NCBI RefSeq assembly: GCF_963921235.1
Contig: NC_086109.1
Span: 5,334,001-5,398,000, forward strand
Length of the DNA stretch: 64,000 bases
From: Mobula hypostoma
Lineage: Eukaryota
Direction: 5' to 3'
The translations under genes and the position numbers were made by a program. The notes under the pieces are model-generated. The model saw nothing but the letters and a program-made list of their open reading frames with translations. It was not told the DNA's origin and did not search any database. Positions 1 through 11,850 of this stretch are shown here, piece after piece (position 1 is the stretch's first letter; each line of letters opens with the position of its first letter).

Positions 1-740
1 CCTACTTAAGGTGTTGTTTCAGGGTGCTTCTCTATCTGTGTGATCGGCGGCAAGTTCCTCCCAGGACTTAGTGTTGACATCATGTTCCATTTGCAGACAT
101 ACTTGTAACGCAGTTGCGGACGCCCAGTGGTCCTCTTGCTTGAAACCAGCTCACCATAGGGAATGTCTTTTAAGATGCAGCCATTCTGCATGTGGCTGAC
201 ATGGCCCAGCCAGTGCAGGCTAGGGCGGCCAGCACCAGAGAGAACCTCAACATTGGGTCCTCTGTCTCTCCAGGAGACGCCCAAGATGTGACAAAGGCTC
301 CTTAAGTGGAAGGTGTTGTGCTTTCTCTCCTGCTTAGTGTATGTTGTCCAGATCTCTCTGCCACGCAGCAGTGTGCTAATAACACAAGCAGTCTTTGTTT
401 TGACTGAGAGTCTGCAGTTCTCCCGGACTAGTGTGGTGAGGCAGGCAAGAGTTGTTGCAACCCTTCTGATGCACTTGTTGATATCCGCATCCAAGGAGAG
501 GTTGTCACCAATGACGGGCCCCGGGTGTGCGAACTGATAAAGATCTTCCAGTTTGTAGTTATCAGTGGCAATGACTGGTGGTGCCTCCAACTCTTGTCCC
601 AAGACGTTTGTGTTTTTCAGGCTGATAGTCTCAAATTCCTTGCTGGCTTGGGAGAAGCGATCCACCAGGCTGTGGAGGTACTGCAGAGTGAGGATTGTGA
701 CTGCTGCATTATCAGCAAACAGCACCAAAAGCAAGAGTAA
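1..740 (-). mobile_element. RTE-clade LINE, degenerate RT/C-terminal fragment
   Basis: LFADNAA (FADD-like), HWLGHV..M, ILKDIPYGEL..GRPQLRYK motifs in ORF 6..734. Confidence 0.8.
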
Positions 741-781
741 TGAACTGATTTGTAAACCCTACACAGTACAGAGTGGGGAAC

Positions 782-1020
782 TATTGTGTATTTAACATTT
801 CAGTAATATTCAAGTAACATATTGTTTGATTACATATTTGTTGTTTACATAATGTATTGCATGGGTTATCTGTAAAAGCATGTAAATGGCATACATTATC
901 ACACCAACACGCCATTTGTACATGCGTTGCTTAAAGTAAAAAAAGAACTAAGAGTTGCATTACCAGGTCCTTTGTTTTCATTTCAATTATTTTTTAAATT
1001 TTGGACTTACAAAACATAAG
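782..1020 (+). mobile_element. Degenerate solo LTR related to the Gypsy LTR at 26839
   Basis: Shares gtgtatttaa..ttcagtaatatt start and ttacaaaaca end with 26839-27072. Confidence 0.65.
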
Positions 1021-1129
1021 AACCACTCATAAACAGCTACAGTTTTAACAGTAAGTGGCCTAAAGTTGGGCAGTGTTGATACCATAGCAATGAACATGTA
1101 CAATATTTCACACATAATCAAAATCATTT

Positions 1130-1770
1130 TCTCTAACTTCCCATAATTTCTCCACCTTTCCCATTCTCTCCTTTTCCATTCTCCATTTTGGTTCTCCTCA
1201 TCTGCCTAACACCTCCCTCTGGTACCCCTCCTCTTTCTCTTTCTCCCATGGTCCTCTCTCCTCTTCTACTGGATTCCTTCTTCTTCCACCTTTTACCTCT
1301 TCCATCTATCACCACTCAGCTTCTCACTTCATCCCCCTCTCCTATCAGATTCATTCATCTTCCGCCTTTTACCTCTTCCACTTATGACCTCCCAGCTTCT
1401 TAATTCATCCCCTCTCCCACCCACCTACCTTCCCCCTCACCTGGTCTCATTTATCACCTGCCATCTTGTATCCCTCCCCCTCCCCCACTTTCTTATTCTG
1501 GTTTCTGCCTTCTCCTTTCCAGTCCTGATGAAGGGCCTCTGCCCAAAACATCAACTGTTGACTCCTCCTATAGGTGCTAATGGCTGATTTACTATTCCTC
1601 TCAACCCCATCCTCCTGCCTTCTCCCCAATACCTTTGACACCCTGACTAATCAAGAACCTATCCACTTCTGCTTTGAAAGGTCTTGGCCCAAAAATTTGA
1701 CTATTTATTCCTTTCCATAGATGCTGCCTGACTTGCTAAGTTCCTCCACCATTTTATGCGCATTGCGCAA
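1130..1770 (+). mobile_element. Old Penelope-like 3' end/terminal repeat with decayed hammerhead motifs and a CR1 fragment
   Basis: Pyrimidine-rich tract, then gtcctgatgaagggcctctgcccaaaacatcaact (~1522); agatgctgcctgacttgc tail. Confidence 0.6.
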
Positions 1771-1848
1771 TATTTCACCTCCTGTTATTACAGCAATGCA
1801 TTAATCCATCTCAGACTATATGCTGAATTATAAAGGAAGAACACATAC

Positions 1849-1873
1849 CCTTATACGCCTTCCAGAACTGCTC
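1849..1873 (-). CDS. Gla gene A exon 3: aromatic stack; gene continues beyond the left edge
   Basis: ttttacag|GAG...AAG G|gtatgt; 25 bp, the canonical size in F2/F7/F9/F10/PROC; EQFWKAYK. Confidence 0.9.
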
Positions 1874-1984
1874 CTGTAAAACAAAACATCCAGTTATCAT
1901 TTACACAGAACATAGCATACAGCACAGGAGAAAGCCATTCACCCCACAGTCTGATGCCCAAGTTCAGTAACCTGCGATATACAG

Positions 1985-2330
1985 TCGGTGGCATGGTGTT
2001 GTAGTGGATCGTGTAACACTTTCCAATGCCAGAGGTTAGGGTTCAATTCCCACTGCTGTCTGTAAGGAGTTTGCATTTTCTCCCTCTGACTGCATGTGTT
2101 TCCTCTGGGTGCTTCAGTTCCATCCTCCATTCCAAAGACGTGTGGGTTAGGGTTAGTACGTTGTGGGCATGCTATGTTGGCACTGGAAGCATGGTGACAC
2201 TTGTCGGCTGCCCCCAGCACTTCCTCCGACTGTATTGATCATTGACACGAAATTAGATATTTTACTGTATGGTTCAATGCTTTGACGTACATGTGACAAA
2301 TAAAACTAACCTTTCTAATTAATCTAATCC
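1985..2330 (+). mobile_element. tRNA-derived V-SINE/HE1-like SINE; relatives at about 8975-9140(-), 9385-9530(-), 25530-25805(+), 47380-47610(-), 59355-59645(+), 62325-62640(-)
   Basis: B box gggttcaattccc; core gtaaggagtttgc..ttctccc..gtttcctctgggtgct..ccaaagacgtg. Confidence 0.75.
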
Positions 2331-2607
2331 TTTCTGTCTGCACATGGTCCATATCTCCATCCGCCATCTGTTTATGTGTCTGTCTAAATATGCCTTAAGC
2401 GTGACTATCATATCTACTTCCATCACTCGCTCCCCACCACCCCATCACCCTCTGGCAGCATGTTCCAGACACCTACCACTGTACAAAACTTGTCCTGCAC
2501 ATCGCTTCAAACTTTCCCCTTCTCACCTTAAAGTTATAACTCTGGTATTTAAAAATGCAAACACGAGGAAATCTGCAGATGCTGGAAATTCAAGCAACAC
2601 ACATCAA

Positions 2608-2767
2608 AGTTGCTGGTGAACGCAGCAGGCCAGGCAGCATCTCTAGGAAGAGGTACAGTCGACGTTTCGGGCCGAGACCCTTCGTCGGGATGAAGGGTCT
2701 CGGCCCGAAAAGTCGACTGTACCTCTTCCTATAGATGCTGCCTGGCCTGCTGCAATCACCAGCAACT
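2608..2767. repeat. Fold-back palindrome of a Penelope-like terminal repeat (79-bp arms, 2-nt loop)
   Basis: 2608-2686 is the near-perfect reverse complement of 2689-2767. Confidence 0.9.
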
Positions 2768-3011
2768 CTGGCATTTGACGTTTCTTCATTCAAAAGGTCA
2801 TAAAACCATAAAATATGGGAGCAGAATTAGGCCATTTGGCCCTTTGAGTCTGCTCCACCATTTCATCATGGCTGATCCATTTCCCTCTCAGCTCCCATCT
2901 CTTGCCTTCGCCCTGTAACTCTTCATGCCCGGACGAATCAAGAATCTATCAAAGTCTGCGTCAAGTATACCTAATGACTGGGCCTACACAGATACCCGTG
3001 ACAACAATTCC

Positions 3012-3380
3012 ACATGTGCCATGTTGTATGACGTGGGCGATCATGGTCTTTCCATGACCATGACTGTTCTTGGCAAATTTTTCTACAGAAGTTGTTTGCC
3101 ATTGCCTTCTTCTGACAGTGTCTTTACAAGACGGGTGACCCCAGCCATTATCAATGCTTTTCAGAGACAGTCTGCCTGGTGTCAGTGGTCATATAACCAG
3201 GACTTGTGATATACACCAGCTGCTCATACGACTGTTCACCACCTGCTCCCATGGCTTCATGTAACTCTGATTGGGGGCTAAGCAGGTGCTACACCTTGCC
3301 CAAGGGTGACCTGCAGGCTCGTAGAGGGAAGAAGCACCTTACACCTCCTTTGGTGCAGACGTATCTCCACCCCACCACCC
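3012..3380 (-). mobile_element. SINE-like non-autonomous repeat; other copies at about 10575-10920(-), 12195-12580(+), 20395-20645(-)
   Basis: Shared gggtggagatacgtctc...gggcaaggtgtagcacctgcttagcccc...; short (tga)n tail at about 12565. Confidence 0.7.
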
Positions 3381-4444
3381 ATTTCTACCCTGGGAAAATA
3401 TTCTGACTGTTTTGCCTTTCTATATTTCTCATAATTTGATCTAATGATGTACAGCATATGAAATAAAACAATCTAAATCACTCTGGATCCCATGCAAGTT
3501 CACCCTCTGGATCATGTAGACCTTGTCAAATTCCTTACTGACATCCAATAGGGACACCATCCTCCGTGCTGTCCTTCATCTCTTCCCCAAGAATCTCAGT
3601 CAGGGTTGTAAAACATGATCTGCCCTGCACATAACCACACTGAGTCTCCTTAAAAGACCTTGAATTTCTATATGTGAGTAAGTACAAGGCCTTTTCTTGC
3701 TGGAATTTAGAAGAATGGTGGGGGGGAGTTTCATTGAAACCTATTGAATGCTGAAAGCCCTAGATAGAGTGGATGTGGAGAAGATGTTTCCTATACTGGG
3801 GAGTCTAGGACCCAGAGGGCACAGCCTCAGAATAGAGGGACGTCCATTTTTAGAACAGAAATGAGGATGGATTTCTTTAGCCGGCGGATGGTGAATCTGC
3901 GTAATTCATTGTCACAGGTGGCTGAAGGCCAGGTCCGTTGGGTATACTTAAGGTGGAGATTGATAGATTCTTGATTAGTCAGGGCATGAAAGGATACGGG
4001 GAGAATGCAGGAGAATGGGGTTGTAAGGGAAATGGATTAGCCATGATAAAATGACGTAGCAGACTTGATGGGCCGAATGGCCAAATCCTGCTCCTATAGT
4101 CTTATGGTCTTACAGTACATAAGTCCATAAGATTTAGGAGCAAAATTAGGTCATTCAGCCCATCAAGCGGGTCAGGTTGGTGATATCAGAGGGCAAGGTA
4201 GGTTGGTGGAGGAGTGGGGCTGGAGTAATGTGGGGATGGGTTGGTAGAGAGCTGGTATTGAAGTTTGGAGATAGGTGATGGATAGGGGGAGTGAGAGCAA
4301 AGTGGGGGATTGGACGGATGCTAGAGGGGCGGTGCTGCAGTTGGAGGGTGGATGAGGGTTGTGGGTGGATTGGGGAGTGGGTGTGATGTGAAGTGAAGAT
4401 TAGCATTTGGGCATGAATAGTATAGGGGGACATGTGGGGACCAA

Positions 4445-6395
4445 CCTGTGAGTAATTATCAACTAATGAGGAATACTGACGTGAGGAATTTTCGACACTG
4501 GAGAAATTATTGTTTTGTGTGGAATTATCAACCTGTGAGGAATTATTGATGTATGAGGAATTTTCGATGTGTGAGGAATTATTGACATATGGAATTATCA
4601 CCTTGTAAGGAATTATCAATGCGTGTAGAAGTACTGACATGTGAGGAATTATCGAAGTTTGAAGAATTATCGACATAAAGAACTATCGTCATGTAAAGAA
4701 TTATTGACGAGTGAAGAATTATCAATGTGTGAGAAATTATAGACCCGTGAGGAATTATCAGTGTGTGGGGAATGATCGATGTTTGAGGATTTATTAATGT
4801 CTGAGAAATTATTGACATGTGAAGAATCCTCGGCATCTGAAAATTATCAACATGTGAAGAATTATCAACCTATGAATGAGGAATGTGTGAGGAATTATAG
4901 ATGAAGGAGGAATTATTGACCTGTGAGGAATTATTGACATGTGAAGAATTATCAACGTGTGAGTAGTTGTCGAGGTGTGAAGAATTATTGGCATGTGGGG
5001 AATTGTTGACAAGAGTGGAAGTATTGACTCAGAGGAATTATCAAAGAGTGAGGAATTATTGATGTTTGAAGAATTATTGATGTGTGAGGAATTATCAACA
5101 CATGAGTAATTATTGACATGAGAGGAACTATCAACAAGTGTGGAATTATCGCCTTGTAAGGAATTATCGATGTGTGAGGAATTATTGACGAGTGAGAAAT
5201 TATAGACATGTTAGGAGTTATTGATGTTTGAGGAACAATTAACATGTATGGAATTATCAAAATGTTGCAAATTATCAATGTGTGAAGAATTTTCGACATG
5301 TGAAAATGTATCAACATGAGGAATTATCTATATGCCTGGAATTATTGGCCTTTTAGGAATGTTCGAAGTGTGAAGGTTATCAACCTATGAGGAATTATCA
5401 ATTTGTGTGGAATTATCAATGTGAGAAGTATTATCAGCCTGTGAGGAGTTATTGATGTGTGTGGAATTATCATCGTATGAGTAAGTATCAAGGTGTGAAG
5501 AATTATCGGCATGTCAGGAATAATTGACAAGTGTTGAAGTATCGACATGTGAGAAGTTATCAAAGAGTGAGGAATTATCAATTGTGAGGAATTATTAGTG
5601 TGTGTGGAATTATTGGCATTGGAGGAATTATCAATATGTGTGGTATTATCGACATGCAATGAATTATTGGCATGTAAGGAATTATTGACGAGTGAGAAAT
5701 TATTGACATGTGAGCAATTATTGACATTGAGGAATTTTTGACATTTGAATAATTATTGAAATGTGAGGACTTATCAACATCTGAGGTATTACCGATGTGT
5801 GTGGAATTATTGATGTGTGAGGAAATATTGACATCTGAGGAGTTGTCAACATGTGAAGAATTATCGCTGTGTAAGGAATTATCATTGTCTGAGGAATTAT
5901 CTTCGTGGGAGGAATTATTGACCTGAGAGGATTATTGACTTGTGAGGAATTATCAATGTGTTAGGAATTATTGATGTGTGTGGAATTATCAAAGTCTGAG
6001 TAACTATTGACGTATGAAGAATTATCAGCATGTAAGGAATTATTGACAAATGATGAATTATTGACTTGTGAGGAATTATCATTGTTTGAGAAATTTTCAA
6101 AGAGTGAAGAATTATCGACGAGTGAGGAATTATCAGTGTGTGAGAAATTTTCAAAGAGTGAAGAATTATCGACGAGTGAGGAATTATCAGTGTGTGAGGA
6201 ATTATTGATGTGTGAGGAATTATGGGCCTGTGAGGAATGATCAACCTGTGCGGAATTATCAACATGAGGAATTATTCTCATGTGTGGGATTATTGACCTG
6301 TGAGTAATTATCAATATGTGAAGAATTATAGACGTTTGAGGTATTATCGACCTGCGAGGAATTATCGACCTGGGAGAAATTATTGATGTGTGAGG
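4445..6395. repeat. Degenerate 18-bp minisatellite (consensus about GAGGAATTATYRAYNTGT), roughly 108 units
   Basis: gaggaattat recurs every 18 bp; exact 54-bp internal duplication at 6088/6142. Confidence 0.95.
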
Positions 6396-8030
6396 AGATC
6401 ACTGGCAGGTGGTAAGAGTGGACTCCCTCACCTCTGCCCCTCTGACTCTCAACACTGGTGCCCCTCAGGGCTGTGTCCTAAACCCCATCCTTTACTCTCT
6501 GTATAGGAGGCAGGAGGAGAAGATGGCAGTGCGATGCAGCGCGCATAGCTCTCTGGTGAAATGATATCGTATCTGTTAAATAGGGGCCATGGATAATTCT
6601 GATTTGATGAAGACAGACGTGAGAAGCAGAGGAACATCTGGAGAAATTTCTGAAATGCCTGGTTTCACTGCTGTTGTTACTGTGCGATCGAGAATCTCCG
6701 GAGGATAGGCCCCAAAATCCCCGGCTTTGCCTGCTGCTGGCGACCGAGGCTGAGGTTGATGCATTCGGATAGAGATGGTGCTCGGTACTCAGTGTCGGAG
6801 GGCTGATCAGAGCTCGAAGTTTTCGGACAACTCAGAGTGGACTGTGGTCGGGCATGGCAGGGAGAGTTTTCTTCCTTCTCCCATCTGCGTGAGATGTGGA
6901 ACTTTCGAGAAACTTTGAACTTTTTTACTGTGCCATGGACTGCTCTTCATCAAGTTATGGTATTGTTGCACTGTTGTAACTATATGTTATAATTATGTGG
7001 TTTTTGTTAGTTTTTCAGTCTTGGTCTGTCCTGTGTTTTTGTGATATCACACCGGAGGAATATTGTATCATTTCTTAATGCATGCATTACTAAAAGACAA
7101 TAAAAGAGGACTGCGTGTCCTCATAATCTAATCTAATCTAATACCCATGACTCTGTCTCCACCCACAGCTCCAATCTGCTAATTAAATTTGCTGATGATA
7201 CTACATTGATTGGCCTAATTTCAAATAATAATGAGGCACCCTATGGAGAAGAAGTCATCACCCTGACACAGTGGTGTCAAGAAAAGAACCTCTCCCTCAA
7301 TGTTGCAAAAACAAAGGAGATGGTTGTGGACTACAGGAGGAATGGAGACAGGCTAACCTCTATTGACATCAATGGATCTGGGGTTGAGAGGGTGAACAGC
7401 TTTACGTTTCTCGACATACACATCACTGAGGATCTCACGTCATCTGTACATACCAGCTGTGTGGTGAAAAGGGCACAAAAGCACTTTTTTCACCTCAGAC
7501 AGTTGACGAAGTTTGGTATGGGCCCCCAAGTCCTAAGAACTTTCTACAGGGGCACAATTGAGAGCATCCTGACTGGCTGCATCACTGCCTGGTATGGGAA
7601 CTGTACCTCCCTTAATCGCAGGTCTCTGCAGAGAGTGGTGCGGACAGCCCAGCGCATCTGTAGTTGTGAACTTCCCACTATTCAGGACATTTACAAAGAC
7701 AGATGTGAAAAAGGGCCTGAAGGATCATTGGGGACCTGAGTCACCCCAACCACAAACTGTTCCAGCTGTTACAATCCTGGAAACGGTACCGCAGCATAAA
7801 AGCCAGGACCAACTGGCTCTGGGACAGCTTCTTCCACCAGGCCATCAGACGGATTAATTCATACTGATACAATTTTATTTTTGTTATATTGACTGTCCTG
7901 TTGAACATACTATTTATTATAAATTACTATAAATTGCACATTGCACATTTAGACGGAGTTGTAACATAAAAGATTTTTACTCCTCATGTATATGAAGGAT
8001 GTAAGTAATAAATTCAATTCAATTCAATTC
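6396..8030 (+). mobile_element. 5'-truncated Rex/Babar- or L2-type LINE inserted in the minisatellite, with a nested (ctaat)n-tailed element at about 6504-7141
   Basis: TGAPQGCVL..LY | THD..IKFADDT split by the insert; ORF 7206..7739 (FYRGTIESILTGCITAWYG); (aattc)n tail. Confidence 0.85.
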
Positions 8031-8320
8031 AATTATCATCATGTGAGGAATAATCGATCTGCAGCGATTTATCAACCTGGGAGGAATTATTGATGTTTGA
8101 GGAATTATTGTTATGTAAGGAATTACCGACGTGTGGAATTATTGATCTGTGAGGAATTATCGACCCATGAGGAATTATCGACCTGAGAGGAATTATTGAC
8201 GGGTCAGGAGTTATCAACGTGTGAGGAATTATTGTCCTGTGAGGAATTAGAGGAATTATCGACGTGTGTGGAATTATCGATGTCTGAGGAATTATCGAAG
8301 TATGTGGAATTTTTGAGCGA
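8031..8320. repeat. Continuation of the 18-bp minisatellite, roughly 16 units
   Basis: Same unit; runs to within about 10-20 bp of the gene A exon 2 donor. Confidence 0.92.
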
Positions 8321-8330
8321 GAATACTCAC

Positions 8331-8491
8331 AGTTTGATGCTCATCGTTTAGATATTCCCCAGCCTCTTCCTTTGTGCATGTTTCCTCAAAGCATTCCCTC
8401 TGCAGGTCATTGTCCACCAGCTCCTCAAGACCAACGTTGGCCCTGCGCACACGGGATAGGAAACTGCTGGCCAGCGATTTCTGCTGGAACA
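8331..8491 (-). CDS. Gla gene A exon 2: propeptide + Gla domain
   Basis: ttcag|TG...ACT|gtgagt; 161 bp; VFQQKSLASSFLSRVRR/ANVGLEELVDNDLQRECFEETCTKEEAGEYLNDEHQT. Confidence 0.93.
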
Positions 8492-9142
8492 CTGAATGAC
8501 AGGCAGATTAGCAGGCTGTGTGCTGGACATTTGCTTCAACTGCTCTGCCTGTGACCCACAAGAACCTACAAAGAGTTGTAGGCACAGCTCAGAATATCAT
8601 GGGTACTAGCCTCCCCTGTACGGACTCTGTCTACACTTCTCACTGCCTCACTAAGGCAGCCAGCAGAATCAAAGTCCCCACCCACCCTGGAGATTTTCTC
8701 TTCTCCCGTCTCGCATTGGCCTGAAAGCACCTACCACCATGCTCAAGGACAACTTCGACCCCACTGTTATCAGACTTTTGATTGGTTCCCTAGTACGACA
8801 AGATGGAGTCCTGACCTCACAATCTACCTCATTAGGATCTTGCACTTCATTATCTGCCTGCACTGCACTTTCTCTGTAACTGTAGCACTTTATTTTACAC
8901 TCTGCTTTTGTCCCACTTCAATAATGACATGATCTGCACGGACAGTACACAAAACAACATTTAAAAAGAGATTAGCTCGATTTGTCAGGCATCCATTGAG
9001 AAGGTGAAACGTACGGTGAAATGTGTCACTTGCGTCAACGACTGACACAGTTGGAGGATGATGCTGGCGGCAGACCGCAAGTACTGCCACGCTTCCTGTA
9101 CCAACATAGCATGCCCACAACTTACTAACCCTAGACCGTACC

Positions 9143-9378
9143 GTTGCAGTTTGTAACTTCAAAACATTAAATTAATTCAAGGAGACCTGGTAGTCCAGGA
9201 ATACGAGTGTAACTTCATCTTTACTTTAAGTGAGACGCGCATGTATCACATGGTAGTGTGATGATGTAAGCAATTAACATACTTTTACATGTAACCCGTA
9301 ATTAATTATTTAAATGAACAACGCTACTTAACTAAATGATATACATACAAAATTACTCAAATATTAAATACACAAAGC
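9143..9378 (-). mobile_element. Degenerate solo LTR of the same Gypsy family
   Basis: Reverse complement resembles 26839-27072 (tttgtaacttcaaaac...aatattaaatacac). Confidence 0.6.
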
Positions 9379-10014
9379 ATACGTCTTTGAAATGTGAAGG
9401 GCGCTGGAGGAAACCCTCATGGTCACAGGGAGAAAGTAGAAACTCCTTACGGACGGTGGTGGGAATCAACCCCCAATCGGTGATCACTGGGGCCGAAAGA
9501 GTTTCGCTAACCATTGAGCCACCAAGCTGCCCTGTACTTTTGGCAAAAACCACAATAAGTTCAGAGAAATACTTTGATTCCTGGCACCATCACATCTTGC
9601 CCTCATCCACCACCTGTGTGAGGTAGGAGATGAGTGTCACCTTCTCTTAGGGAAGCAACCCAGCCAAAGTTAGTCCTTGCAGTTCCAAACTGTGGCTGTT
9701 CACCTTGTTCTGCAGTTTCACCCGGATGATGCCAACAGCATTAGCTGTTATCTTCAGGAGGGGAGACTGGACTTGATAACACAGAGCCGTTAGAGTGAAG
9801 GAGGGTGAGAGGTGACTTGATCGAGGTGTATAAGATAACAAGAGGCATAGATTGAATGGACGGCCAGAGACTTTTTCCCAGGGTAGAAATGGCCAATACA
9901 AGTGGTCATAATTTTAAGGTCATTTGAAGAAAGTACAGTGGGGTCATCAGAGGAAGGTTTGTTACATAGAGAGTGTCGGCTGTGCTGCCTGGAGTGATGC
10001 TAGAGAGAGATACA

Positions 10015-10395
10015 CTAGTCATAGTCATAGTCATACTTTATTGATCCCGGGGGAAATTGGTTTTTGTTACAGTTGCACCATAAATAATTAAATAGTAATA
10101 AAACCATAAATAGTTAAATAATAATATGTAAATGATGCCAGTAAATTATGAAATAAGTCGAGGACCAGCCTATTGGCTCAGGGTGTCTGACCCTCCAAGG
10201 GAGGAGTTGTAAAGTTTGATGGCCACAGGCAGGAATGACTTCCTATGATGCTCTGTGTTGCATCTCGGTGGAATGAGTCTCTGGCTGAATGTACTCCTGT
10301 GCCCACCCAGTACATTATGTAGTGGATGGGAGACATTGTCCAAGATGACATGCAACTTGGACAGCATCCTCTTTTCAGACACCACCGTCAGAGAG
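10015..10395 (-). mobile_element. Rex/L2-type LINE 3' end
   Basis: ORF 10170..10385 (DNVSHPLH...RKSFLPVAIKLYN); (catagt)n tail. Confidence 0.75.
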
Positions 10396-11646
10396 TCAGT
10401 TAAGAGTCAGTTAGGGGCAATTATGAGAGTCTTGGGCAGGTGCATGGATGATAGAAAAATTGGAGGGGTGTGTGAGAGAGAAGGATTAAATTGATTTTAG
10501 AGTAAGTTACATGGTTAGTGCAAGATCATGAGCTGAAGGAGTTGTACTGTGCTGTCGCATTTTCATTCATTCATTTGTTACGTGTCATGTCGTATGAAGT
10601 GGCCGATCATTGTCTTCCATCCATGACCACGAATCTCCTTAGCAAATTTTTCTACAGAAGTGGTTTGCCATTGCCTTCTTTACAAGACGAGTGACCCCAG
10701 CCATGATCAATACTCTTCAGAGATTGTCTGCCTGGTGTCAGTGGTCGCATAACCAGGACTTGCGATACGACCATCCACCACCTGCTCCCATGGCTTCACG
10801 TGACCCTGATCCGGGGTGGGGGCCTAAGTAGGTGCTACGCCTCGCCCAAAGGTGATCTGCAGGCTAGCGGAGGGAAGGGGCACATCGCGTCTCCTTTGGC
10901 AGAGACGTATCTCCGACCCATGTCCATGATGTTCTATGTTCTTTGAAATTGTCAAAGCCTCCTTGAAGAAATGCCATATCCCCACTGAGCCTTGAACCCC
11001 GGCCCATAAGCTCGCTGATTGGTGAAGGAATAGTCCAAGACCCATTGAGAACTTTGAGGTCATATGGAAGCTCAGGGTGAGTGGTGCACTAGCTATCCAC
11101 CTCAGCAGCTTTCCTTCCACTCCGTCAATCACTGCCCACCTCGTTTGCTCAAGAATTTACCGACCCCCACAGTGGCCTCCTCATTCCCAGCAGGGCCCCT
11201 GGAACCAGAAAAGAAGTAAGCCACCCCCAGGCTTATCAGACCCACTGAGCTGAAGAAATCAAAAGAGTGCCTTTCAGAGTTTTCTTTTGCTGACAGAAGT
11301 GCCTTCTTCAAAGGAGCTGGATGACATACTCTCAATAGTTTAGAGACAGCTTCTTCCCATCCACCACCATGTCTCTGAATGGTCCCTGAACCCATGAAAA
11401 CTACTTCACCATTTTTGCTCATTTTTGCACCACCTAGTTATTACATATTTCTTATTGTAATTTACAGTTTACTGGTATGTTATTTATTTTATATAGTACA
11501 TGCTGCCACAAAACAACAAATTTCATGACATATATCAGTGATAATAAACCCGATTCTGATTCAGATTTATTGTAGTTATTAGTAACTCTCTGCCCTAAGA
11601 ACTTATCCTGGTAAGCGTTAAATAGATCATGGGTGGAATTACTTAC

Positions 11647-11713
11647 CGCAATATACTTGACCGGTCAGAAAGAGAAGGAAGAAGATTACTCTGTTTTTCA
11701 AAATTTCATTCAT
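11647..11713 (-). CDS. Gla gene A exon 1: signal peptide
   Basis: ATG...TGC G|gtaagt; 67 bp; MNEILKNRVIFFLLFLTGQVYC; shares LLFLTG with gene B. Confidence 0.85.
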
Positions 11714-11828
11714 TCTATTTTCAAAATGCTTTCCTCGGTCTATAACAGACACAGAAGTAATTATATGAAATTATTTTGCATGGTTTGTACATTATTTGTA
11801 ATTGAGTCCACAATTTTTTACTTACTGC

Positions 11829-11850
11829 AAATATTTAGTGAATAAATAAC
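11829..11850. promoter_or_regulatory. Paralogous HNF1/FOXA-like element upstream of gene A
   Basis: AAATATTT-a-GTGAATAAATAAC; about 125 bp upstream of the ATG; same motif and similar spacing as gene B. Confidence 0.5.

Noticed and set aside
4155..6314. Multiple His/Ile/Pro- or Asn/Ser-rich ORFs
   Set aside because: By-products of the 18-bp minisatellite; frames switch often and there are no splice or start signals
4445..6395. CRISPR-like periodicity
   Set aside because: Units are contiguous and degenerate with no unique spacers, there are no cas genes, and the context is eukaryotic
9704..9745. Alternative first exon for gene A (ATG CTG TTG GCA...)
   Set aside because: Stops after 7 codons; 11647-11713 fits far better
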